Shown here piece by piece: positions 12,701 to 23,154 of a DNA stretch of 64,000 nt. The stretch spans positions 930,001 to 994,000 of the forward strand of contig JBLDXI010000026.1 of assembly GCA_047495785.1 (NCBI GenBank), read 5' to 3'. Positions within the stretch are counted from its first letter, which is position 1. Every line of letters begins with the position of its first letter. Under the pieces are notes generated by a model that had not been told where the DNA came from, made no database searches, and saw only the letters and a program-made list of their open reading frames with translations. The DNA comes from Lepidodermella squamata. Lineage: Eukaryota; Animalia; Gastrotricha. The position numbers and the translations under genes are program-made.

Positions 12701-13427
12701 AATATCAAAAGGTTATACGGAAAAGTGATCGCTACAGCTAATTACTAAAGCATCGTTTCTCAATTCAATTGCTAAGCTAACCCGTTATATTCGGCATCTC
12801 AAATTATTCTAAATTAAAAAAATTTAATTATTCAATTCTAGATTAACTGATTAGAGTGGTTCAAGTATGAAATACTGAAATATGGTCACGAACCATGATT
12901 TCGGCGGTTTTTTCACAGCCAGGACTTCCCGGTCGGCAAGTAGCCGCATAACTAGTAAACCTGTAGCACAGCCTAGCAGTCTGCGAAAGAGTTAAGCCAA
13001 TTAAAATTAAAAGTAAATTATTAAAAATCTCACAGCTTTCATGCAGGCGGCTTGATCAGACACGCTTATTCCAAGCTAAACGGAAAGAAATCCAGGATTT
13101 TTAGTAATAGCCATTCAAAATGGGTGTGCAAAGCTGAGACCCTAAATTAAGGGTTCCAGCACAAAATAACCTTAAATAACAGTAACATATTTGAAAAATG
13201 CAGTGCCAGGACGCTCAAATTTAGAGGTGCCCATGTGAAATAATGTTCAAACTCGGTAGTTTATGGCTCACCTGATACTCGCGTAGTCGCTGACAGCCAT
13301 CAGGCATCTCGCGGCAATTTATGAATCTGTCATCGAATTGCGAGAAGCAGCGAACCCACTCGCCACATTGCACCACATTAGCGACTGCTAACAACGCGGC
13401 AATAATCGTCAACGGTGATCGCATTAC

Positions 13428-13460
<33 letters not shown>

Positions 13461-13472
13461 GGGTGATCGCAT
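9757..13472 (-). CDS. Multi-exon secreted protein, copy 2: signal peptide + four 4-Cys modules + two C-type lectin domains
   Basis: Start at 13424 (or 13472). Cys-module exons at ~13270-12120. CTLD1 exon ~11575-11900 splices in phase to C-IVLAHRGLSIDSCSIAYKGLC (~10220-10295). CTLD2 AADACKSLGKTLIKI...YHWVSG splices to C-AYLRDGKIYHSVCNNNRYAVCEKLQGG* with the stop at 9757. Confidence 0.85.
10694..11122. mobile_element. Tigger/pogo-like MITE inside the long intron of lectin copy 2
   Basis: TACCGTTACCGAAACT at the left and TTTCGGTAACTACGGTA at the right; repeated GGGCTTAT/GGCTACTATT subterminal motifs. Confidence 0.5.
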
Positions 13473-13475
13473 TAC
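13414..13475. repeat. (TAA)11 tract flanked by a 14-bp direct repeat that includes the start codon
   Basis: GGTGATCGCATTAC (13414-13427) + (TAA)11 + G + GGTGATCGCATTAC (13462-13475). Confidence 0.9.
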
Positions 13476-13991
13476 CGATTAAAAAAATGATCAAAAATCT
13501 TGAATATCCTCAGAAATTTGTAGGCCGATATGGTTGATATTTGTGATATTATTTGAATGATTTAAAACTAGTTATAGTTGTATTTTTTGTTCCTCCCATG
13601 TAGTTTACACATTGAGAAAAACAATATCAAACACGTGCATTTTTTACAATCAGGTGTCAACCAGCACGCGCTTTCTGATTCGGCTGTTGTGTCCGAAGAT
13701 AGAGAGAAAAGTAGCCATGAAAATAACCTGCCAATGGGACCTGCAATAACCTAATGACTTGAAGCCGAAAATTCTTGGACTGTTTTGTGTCCGCAATATG
13801 AGCTGTTTAATAATATCGCCAAATTATGAACCACGAAGCAAACGAACCACGAAGCATAGTTTATAGTGAATCCTTGGATGTGTTCGGAAATATTCAAACT
13901 ATGTGGCCATGCAATTCTATCAACAATTAAATGCCCATGAAATGAAATCGATTACACATCTCGCGATATTTATATTTTATTTTGGGTTTTA

Positions 13992-14312
13992 CTTTTAGCG
14001 GAACCAGATTTGACTGTAGCGGAACCAAATTTTGGAATTTTCAATGGGCCTAAAACTCATTTTCAAAGCTTTTAAGGATGTCATGATTGATCGGCATAAT
14101 TTAAAATAAATTTTCTTTGAATTCAGCGTGAAATTCTTTACAAGACGTCCTCTTCAATATAGAATTCATAAATTGCCTTAATTGCCTTAATTGCCTGAAA
14201 ATATTCGAAAAGCGACCTTTTCTTATCTTAAATTAAGTTCCGCAGCAGACAGATTTGGTTGCGCTACAGTCAAAATTGGCTCCGCAACAGGCAATTTCGG
14301 TTCCGCTAAAAG
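13992..14312. mobile_element. Dispersed repeat/MITE with CTTTTAGCGGAACC inverted ends (second copy 35213-35415)
   Basis: CTTTTAGCGGAACC ... GGTTCCGCTAAAAG. The interior (GGATG.CATGATTGA...CATAATT) is shared with the 35.2-kb copy. Confidence 0.7.
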
Positions 14313-14403
14313 ATATTCTGTTTTATTTGTCAAACTGTTGGTACTAAGGACTAAGGATAACTGGTTGGTAATAATATAATAGTTAGCATGGCTGAGATGC
14401 TGT

Positions 14404-15175
14404 TCATTCGCCGATCAAATATTTCTTCAAGCGCTGTCGACGTGATTGAGCCGGGGCGATCGGCAACCCGTAAAAATTTATCAGGACGACAACCTCAGCT
14501 GCTGGCATCGTGTTCAAGCGGTTACGTGGAATGTATTGCTCAGGCGGCTGGTCGAAATTTCGATTGAGAGGCAGGAAAAAGAATTGCTGTTGCGAAGTGT
14601 TGAGAGTCCTAACTCGCGCCAGTTCACTGAATAATAAATATAAGGCAATTATCAATAATGATTCATAGGAATTATGCACAAGTTCCTTACATCTGATGCA
14701 TCACATTAAGAGCTACCGCGTCTCGTTGGTGTAGCTCAGCTACTCCATTATCCAGCTGGCCAATTTTTTGATTGACGACAATAATTCCATTATTAATTTG
14801 ATTCAGCATTGCCATCACTGCTTGCATGTCGTTGCCGCCGACAGGAGCCGGGTGAATCGGGTGAATCGCGGCGGCGTTACGTTCAGTCAAATAGGCCGTC
14901 ATTTCCCTAAAATTGTCGGTGGTAACGGTTGTATTTCCAGCTGTTAAAAAGAAGTTCAGTTTAGCGAGTTCGAAGAGTGCGACAATAACTGTCCTGTATT
15001 TAAACCTCATCAACATCTTACCGAAATACAGCTGCGCCACCTGAGCATGTATCATGTTCAGTTCAGTCAGCTCATTTAGCGAGCCTGGCGCTGGTAACTG
15101 CGCGCCGACTTCGATCCGGCGCCCAGTCGGATTAATTACGTTCGCCAGGAACTGAAGCTGCTCCGGATTGTTCAT
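14404..15175 (-). CDS. Small spliced gene: coiled-coil segment + Mug135_C/DUF1773-like C-terminus (tentative)
   Basis: ORF 15175-14691 joins 14626-14404 in frame via intron 14627-14690 (GTAAGG...TTCAG). A probable stop-free intron lies at 14941-15021. The C-terminus is LNTMPAAEVVVLINFYGLPIAPAQSRRQRLKKYLIGE. Confidence 0.65.
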
Positions 15176-15582
15176 TATTGCTGTCGATTAAAGCGGGTTA
15201 AATATTAGCTACCGAACTTTTTAACTCAAAATGGCGTTTTTCAAATTTTCAACATTTTCAAGGGGGATTATTTATTTTCGATTAAAGTTTCAGTTCTGTT
15301 CAAATCTAATTACCAGAAAAGTCCAATTTTTTATATTTTTGCCAGGTAATGCCGATGAGCTGTCTGATTTGCTTAGGATTGAAACAGCCATAATTTCGAT
15401 CATTTTTGAAGCCGCATTCATGAAGACTTTTACTTCAACGCTTAGCTTTTGATCGTGCACCAAGTTGAAATTATTGCATTCAATAAAATGCACACACGCC
15501 CGCAAAGCCCGTATTTTTTATTGCTCGCCCGTAGCCCGTACAATTCGCCGGATTTCCCCGGGCGCAGTGGGGAATAAAAAAA

Positions 15583-17596
15583 GGAAGTGGCTATATACAC
15601 CCCCCAGTGGGTGTCAATAACTGACTATTTACACCCACTGGGTGTCAATAACTTGCTATTTGCACCCACCTGCTGGGTCGCATTAACTTGCTATTTACAC
15701 CCACCAGTTTATAGCTAATCTTCAGCTATTTTCACAGGGTGGCTATGATTTTAAGCTGTCTTTTCAGAGAGACTGTTATCGTTTTTGGTTTTGTTTGTTA
15801 TTGCGATAAATTTCGTCCATCTACAAAGAGTCCATGTGATCATGCCAGTAGCAAGAAGTGGTACCTGTTTCATATCTAACATTAGTTCAAAACTCCTCAA
15901 TCATCGTCCGTCTTAACTTAGGTTACGATTTCTTCTCATTGATAATTCTTCATAAATTTACGAACAGCTCTATAGGCACCTGGTTTCCAATTATGCGAAA
16001 TTATTTGTCGCATTACCATATCGTTAGCGTCGTTGAATGATGACTCGGATTTAGGCTTATTTAGTTTACTTCAGTTTTAAGGTGATGGGTGACAGGTAAA
16101 AGGTGGCGTTTTTCGCTTCGATTTGACGCAGTTTTTACGTCATCTTCAAACTAAAAAATAAACAACCCAAATCCGAGTTATTCAACGACAATAACAATGC
16201 GCAAGCTCGCTAGCACGTCGGTATTTGTCGCTTCGGTATCGCGACATTTTTCACTCGCGAGTTTTTTCAGCTTCAGGAGGGCGTCAAGGCTTGGCCGTTG
16301 CATATATCGGCCCAACGTTTTGCAATTTTGAAGTTCAAAATCAGGTCTATTCACCATAAAAAGGGGAGTCCGATATGAAGTAGTACAGCCGGAGAAAAGC
16401 TTTGCCCAAAATTGGTGGGTTTGCGCGAGCAGAGTGCGCATTTTGTGCGCATTTTTTGAAAAGGTCCTGCTTAAACGCTAGCTTAAAGAAAACCGCTTCG
16501 AATTCATGTTTCAAGTTTCTAGCGTGAGTTTCCCATCTTTTTCTTATGTTCTCTATGACTTCAAGTCTCACGTGATGCGCATCATGTGTAATTCTTCAAC
16601 GAAAATTCTTATAATTCATCTATTTTTCTCTGATAAGGTTTCCGAAACTGCCCTAACCCTGGAATATAGATTTTGATTTACCGATTTTTTATCGAGAAGA
16701 CGTTTTGATCCCTTGCGAATTTTCGGCGGATAAAAGCGGATAAAAGCTGGGTTAGCCGCGCAATATTGATAGTCTCGAAACCGCCACATTTAAAATGTGT
16801 TTTCTGCTCCAACAAACTTGTTCGCTTTGCCCATGAGCAATGTTATTTTCTTTGATTCACTGTCGTTAATGCAATGTAGGTTTTTGTTGACTAATTTCAC
16901 CGTGGCAGCAATTATAACATCGCGATAATTGGTGTAATAATGTCAAGAACTTAAATCGGAAATTCATGCAAATCTATGATACTTCTTATGCCAGTATATT
17001 CTAGCTGTTAGATGCTGCGATTCTCATTTTTTGTTGAAATTATGAATTTCGGCTATTGTCTACTTATGAAACTTTGATTTAATCGCATGTAATAAGAAAC
17101 CGGCAATACGGGTTGTTGCTTCCTCTCGATGTGTTACGTGTATATGATTTTTGACGTCAAGATAACGGAATCGCTAAGTAGTGAATGATGCTGGTCGCTG
17201 AGATAATTATTTGGAAAGCAGATTTGGAAAGCCAATTACTCACATACCTAATAGCTCAACTTTACTTGAAATGATATTATGAAAGCTGAAAATCACAGAT
17301 TATGTTGGGCTCATAATGGTCCAAATACTAAGGCTATTTCCATTTCAACACCGCAACACAATTTCTCATGAACATTAATGCCTTATTACCTTCAAAACTT
17401 AAATTTTTACTGTTTTCTGAGCTAAAACTAAGGTAAAACCAGTGGGTGTAAATAGCAACTTAACGCGACCCAGCAGGTGGGTGCAAATAGCAAGGATTAG
17501 ACACCCACTGGGTGTAAATAGCAAGTTATTGACACCCAGTGGGTGTAAATAGTCACTTATTGACACCCACTATGGGGGGTGTTGTTAGCCACGACC
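15583..17596. mobile_element. Mutator/Foldback-type non-autonomous element with long modular TIRs and a 9-bp TSD
   Basis: ATAAAAAAA|GGAAGTGGCTA ... TAGCCACGACC|ATAAAAAAA. The ~130-160-bp TIRs are built from ACACCCA(C/G)TGGGTGT palindromic subrepeats. Confidence 0.8.
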
Positions 17597-19137
17597 ATAA
17601 AAAAAACTGAGTTGGAAATGTTTGGTATAGTCAATGTTCATTTAAATAAAAACCTGGTGAAGTTGAAGAGGTGCACTTCAAAACCAGGCATTTTGACGTT
17701 TTTTGATTGAAAAACTGTTGCACTTGAATTTCGAAGAGCTTCACCTGAATAAATTCAAGGAATTTATTATCTATTTCGGGCCGCTCTACGTTGGTATGAA
17801 GATGCTAACAAGTTTGAATTATGTCTTTCGGCATCTTACGGCAGTTGTGTATAGCTGCTCGCGATTTTCGGCTATACTAAGTCTGGACAATTTTCAGATA
17901 TGCCGGAATACTGGGACGTTGTATAGCCACTACATAATTGATATTGTCAACACCATAGTAGGACGAGTGAACGGGTTGTGGGCGGGTTTATTTATTTAGG
18001 CCATTTGTTTAAATTGGACATTTATTTATTTATTTGTTGGCCATTTATTCAAATCGGGCAAATTTTTTACATTTACAGTCGCGACAGATTCTCACTTATA
18101 CCCATGGAAATTTGCGGAATATCGATCTGAAACCACAAAAAACAGGTTTTTGCCTCCCACATATGCCCACGATCAGACACTTTTTGTTTCCCTGGTGGCA
18201 TGACACTGAAACGGTATCACAGCCGCTTTTACACGCCTCCCTAAAATCAAACATGTTTTCGTCCGATCAGTTAATTTAATTTCCATCAACTTGCCCCGCT
18301 ATTAATAGTGTCGGTTTATTATCGGCACTAAGTTTTGTTGGAAAACGTGAGGCATCTAGCTGACGGTTGAACATCAACAAATTCAAATAATTTTTTCGGT
18401 ATTTTGAAAATACAAAAAAATGCTGGCATTCATTATTATTCTCGCTTTAGTCGAGCTAACCGTCGGTCTTTCGAAAACCAGCAGTATATTTCTGCGGAAT
18501 AAGTACTCATCTGCAAGTAAGGACATCATGAAGCCGGACGAAAATAGCGCTGGTCATTCGGCCGAAAGCTATGCCTTAGAGTAATTTGCAATTATAAAAA
18601 TTAATTTGAAATTAATTTGAATTTTAAGGAAAAGAATATTCTGGTCGCGCATCGCTGGTCGCGCGATCAAGCTGTGGATCTGTTGAGTCAAGTCAGGACC
18701 AGCCAATTTCTGCAATCGATATCATCTTCAACCAACAACGGTGGCAATAAGCCTCGGAAAATCGCAGTTCCTGCAATGTTGAACTTACTTCAACCGAGAA
18801 GCTCGGCTGAAAATGTCGCGACGACGACAGGGGTGAATACGCCCTGTAAAGGTAAAGCCGCTCTTCTTCGAGCATTCGAACTGCTAAGAATTAAACAACC
18901 GCAAAAGTGAAAAGGTATCTATGAATTGCCCAAAAAGACACATCTAACGGTTTTTGCTGTAAAAGTGATAAGTCATTATTTTGCATGAGTCTACGATAAC
19001 TGAAATGACAACATCGAGTAAGGTTGACTGCTGGGGATGATGAATTTCTTTATAGTATTATGAATCCCCGAAGAATCTCGGAATTCCGCCGATCGAGAAT
19101 CCAACATAATCGGGTTATTTTAGTGAATGCGATGGTA

Positions 19138-20176
19138 CCGTCATTTGGGGCAAAATGAACCTTTGGGGCTAATTGGCAAAAAATTGAGGTTTTCACCATT
19201 TTATCGATAGCTCAAAAACTACAAGGTAAAACTTCACAAAAATTTACGGGGACGATTATCAACAAGCCTCCTACAAGCCTGCAAATTTTCAGCCACGTAT
19301 GTCCCGAAATGAGGTCACAGCATGTTGTTGCACAGAGGTGAGTTTAGGGAGGTAAAAATGACCTCTCTGAATTGAATTACCTGGAGCCAATCACGAGGTT
19401 TGATGATCAGATGGAATTTTTTCCTTCGACCATTATCGTCGTAGATCACAGCAAAAAAAATCGCAACCCCAGGCGATGCACAGGTATGGCTAGGTGATTG
19501 TGGCCAAATTACCCCATGGAAAACTCAATGATGGGGGCTAATTGGCCACCCGTATCCTTATAATGGGTTTTTAATATTTGATGATTGTGAGGGTTGAATG
19601 GTCGAGTGGTTGTGATGCGTCCATCAGAACTTGAGTGATCTGATGAGCGACGGTTCGAATCCTCATAAAGTGGCATTTTTTTGCTCCGTATTTGATTTTT
19701 TTAATTTTGTTGTTAATTTTCCATTTCAATTATTCCACTAACACCACGTATGCCGGACATTTTTTTGTTCGGGAGACGTTTAAAAGTTGCTCAGCAATAA
19801 AACTCTCAGAAAAAACGGAGAAACTAATTAAAAATTATTAAAATGGACAATTAAAACAAAAATATTACAAATATTAAATGCGGAGCGAAAAATGCTACTT
19901 TATGAGGATTCGAACCGTCGCTCATCAGATCACTCAAGTTCTGATGGACGCATCACAACCACTCGACCATTCGATCCTCACAATCACTAAACATTAAAAA
20001 CCCATTATAAGGATAAGGGTGGCCAATTAGCCCCAAAACACCTGTCCAATTTGCCCCAAACCTGGGGCAAAATGAGCTTCCTATAAAATCGGAATCAGGA
20101 CCCTCTGAAACGTGTAAAAATGCGAAAAAATCAGGGGGTAATTTTTTTCCCGCGGCCATTTTGCCCCAATTTACGG
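19138..20176. mobile_element. pogo/Tc1-mariner-like MITE, long copy with an internal inverted duplication
   Basis: TA|CCGTCATTTGGGGCAAAATG ... CATTTTGCCCCAATTTACGG|TA. Internal inverted arms at ~19535-19690 and ~19880-20035. Confidence 0.85.
19588..19665 (+). other. tRNA-like Pol III type-2 promoter cassette inside the MITE (also 8670-8746 +, 19903-19980 -, diverged 54868-54948 +)
   Basis: A-box-like TGGTCGAGTGG and B-box GGTTCGAATCC flank a CATCAGA...TCTGATG stem. The sequence does not fold as a canonical cloverleaf. Confidence 0.6.
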
Positions 20177-21050
20177 TATCGACCTTTTTGAGGCCGTCGA
20201 AATCCATCCTAATAAATTTACGAAATACCCACAATTTATTATTTATCAATTTTTTAGATTTATTGAAAAATGCAATTTTCGACGATTTTCTTAATTGCTT
20301 TCTTCACCTCAACAATATTTTTCGACCCGTCGCGGCAAAACGTCTTACCTGAGTAGGTCATTCTTTCTAATTTATTTTATAAAAATTCTAAAATATTATA
20401 AATTATTTTCAGGAAAAGGCGGTATATAACGCAAGTAGTGATGTATCCATTGCACCGTGATCGGTCTAAGTTCACAAAATGTGTGGGAAATTCAAACAAT
20501 CTCTTCAATGCGACTATCAGTGGAAATAATGTCAACGATCGGCCGAAAATAGTTTCGGGAGATCCCAAGCCAGTTCCAGGGGCCATCATTGGCAGAAACA
20601 GGCTTCTGAACAATGATTTCATCAAATTAAAGATTCTGCACAACTTGAAATCAGACAAGCAGGCCACATTGGACCGAAAACTCTGACTTTATTTTTCGAT
20701 ATTGAAATTCATGGACATTTGTTGACAGCTGATTTCAGCTTATTTCGTGCAGGTCTGGAAAGTTCGCCCGGTTACTGGTTAATCGGGTCGAATTTTTGGA
20801 GAATTAAGCTGGTTTTGTTTTCAATTCAAGAAAGATAAGATTACTTTTAACCGCGGCAAAAACAAGAACTTGAATTTCAGGTGGATGATAAAACCAATCC
20901 GATTTTTCTGATTTGGGCTGAGCTCTAATAAAATCACATCTTACTCGCGTTGATCCTAATTTCGAAAACGCTGCCTCTAAATTTCGACTCATGAATTTTT
21001 AAAGAAGCTGTCCGGTGACAATTAGTTCATTTCGATCTTCATTTAAGCAT

Positions 21051-22442
21051 TCAATTCAAGCACATTCGCTGATCAAGACTTGGCAATGCCGCAGCTATGC
21101 CACGGTTTAACAAAAATTTGGCAATTTGCCCAATATCGGCATCAGCGTCTAAAACAGATCGAACAGCCATTCTCAGCGCCTCGCCTTGTCTAGCATTGAT
21201 ATCAGCGCCATTATCCAACAAAAATTTGACAGGTTCAAGTTTCCCGCCCATAACAGCCTTCAGCAAGGGTTCTCCCAGCTTCGATGAATCATCGCCATTA
21301 ATCTTCGCGCCTCTATTGAGTAATAGCGTCATTATTGGAATGTGACCTTTATACGCCGCTAGTTCGAAGGCTGTCGAATCATTTGACCCAGATCTCGCTG
21401 TAATATTAGCGCAATTTTCGAGAATAAGCCGCACTATTGCGGCGTGACCTTTATAAGCAGCTATTTGAAGGGCCGTCCACGTGGGGCTGTAGCCAGCCTG
21501 TGGTGCGATAATTAGGCCACAAGAGCATGGGCAAATGTTGCGAGAATCTAAAGGCTGGACGTATTTTGCTTCAATGTCGGCTCCTTGATCAATTAAATCT
21601 CGCACGAAGTCGATATCACCTCGTTCCACAGCTGGTCCAAGACCTCCAAAGTAAGCCCGCTAAAATAGAAAAATAATCAAATTTATCCAAAAAATTCGGA
21701 AAAAAATGAAAAAAATTCTTACTTTCGAACTAGAAATTGCTTGGCATCGATTTATACTTGTAGTTGTCACTAGGGTAATTGGTTTCGCAGTTGAAGAACC
21801 AGTGGATGCTCCGTCAACCCTCGATCCTGCCGTGATTCCGTTCGATCTCAGCGTCGTTCTAATCCATATCAATAATGGCGGCGTAATTGTTACTGAATTC
21901 TTCGATTTGGTCGTTGTTATTGAGTTCGCAGTCGTTTCTCGATAATTGAGAGTGGATTGCACCACGCTAGAAAGAGTCGTTCTCATGGTCGTAGACGTCT
22001 TGATTGTCTCCAACGTTGAAATCGGGGATCTAGTTGGCAAGGTAAAGACTAGAAATGTCGAAAATTGCGGAGCCGTTGTTGAAAAGATATTTATTCGAGA
22101 CGTAGAACTTGAAGTTCCAGCTGGACGATTTTGGGTTGAAAAATTAGCTATGCAAGTGACTAAAGACGGCTCCCATCGACCATTTTCTCGGCAATAGGAG
22201 AAGCCCTCATTCTCGTTATTGCTTCGCCGATAGCCAGAATTGCAAACAACGCGAACTTGGCCGTCTTGACAAACTGGACTTCCGATCCGAACGAGTTCAT
22301 TCCTTCGAGTTAAATAGCCGTTTTGTATCGAAACTGCTATGCAGGGTTCGTTTTCGGTATCACATCGATCAATCACCAATTCACAGATGAAAGATCGAAA
22401 AAGAGTGAAAACTCCGATTGTCTGAATCCAGGTAAACTTCAT
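21051..22442 (-). CDS. Two-exon 442-aa protein: putative signal peptide, Sushi/CCP-like domain, Thr/Ser-rich stalk, ~4-5 ankyrin repeats
   Basis: Exon 1 22442-21723 (240 codons), intron 21722-21660 (GTAAGA...TTTTAG), exon 2 21659-21051 in frame (RAYFGGLGPAVERGD...). Ankyrin motifs TALQIAAYKGH, TAFELAAYKGH and PLLKAVMGG. CCP motif C..GY...C..NG.W.P....C. Confidence 0.85.
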
Positions 22443-22485
22443 GCGAAGCTAAAATGATCTAAAAATTGAGAAAAAATCCGAGTCA

Positions 22486-23154
22486 TTATGCTTCAATAGT
22501 ATTATTCCAAGACGAGGTAACGTTTTGACTCTCAAAAACTTCAACTTTCGAAGTAATATTCGAAGAGCTATTAAAAAAACGAATAAAATTCGTATTAAAT
22601 TGAGCCGGAATCGAAGAGTTGAAGTAAACAATTTTAGATGAAACGTTAAAATTCAGAGTATTTCGTTTCGAGGTAGTTGAACGAGGTGGGAAGTAAGTTT
22701 TCCTGGAACCTCTGGAACCAGTTGAAGTTCTCGTGATTCTTAGCCAATATGGTTTTGTTGTTTTGTTTCTCGTTTTCTGCGACGTTGAAGTCCAAAAGTA
22801 AGGTCCGGTGGCAGATTTCGTCACATTCACGGTTGAATTTTCTGTCCTCCCGCAGGTCCATTCGCATGGGACTAGGTTAGGTTCCCATAACCCGTCAGCG
22901 CCACACCTTGACCAGCCATCCGTGTCTTTGAAAACCAGCTCGAAACCAGGGTCGCAGACTTGTTGGACGATGAATTTTTGACATAATTTGGTCCCAATAG
23001 GCAATTTTCTATTGCCTCGAATTACATGGCCGCCTTCAATTTCAGGAATTTCACATTGCTCACTGTCGTCTAAGCACCGGTGATCTACAGTGACTTGGTT
23101 CAAGCTGAGTTTGATGAGTATTGAAAGCAGTAAAATTAATTTTAGCTGAGTCAT
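22486..23154 (-). CDS. Secreted Sushi/CCP-like protein with a Thr/Ser/Asn-rich tail (paralog of the N-terminus of 21051-22442)
   Basis: Signal peptide MTQLKLILLLSILIKLSLN from ATG 23154; CEIPEIEGG...VCDPGFEL...CGADGLWEPNLVPC; many N-x-S/T sequons. Confidence 0.8.
   Translation of the reverse strand: MTQLKLILLLSILIKLSLNQVTVDHRCLDDSEQCEIPEIEGGHVIRGNRKLPIGTKLCQKFIVQQVCDPGFELVFKDTDGWSRCGADGLWEPNLVPCEWTCGRTENSTVNVTKSATGPYFWTSTSQKTRNKTTKPYWLRITRTSTGSRGSRKTYFPPRSTTSKRNTLNFNVSSKIVYFNSSIPAQFNTNFIRFFNSSSNITSKVEVFESQNVTSSWNNTIEA

Noticed and set aside
15597-15710. CRISPR-like repeat arrays (here, 17440-17580 and 58500-58812)
   Set aside because: Eukaryotic context, no unique spacers of constant length and no cas genes; the first two are TIR subrepeats.
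16178-16571. Transposase ORF inside the MULE-like element
   Set aside because: Short ORFs with no recognisable DDE or zinc-finger motif.
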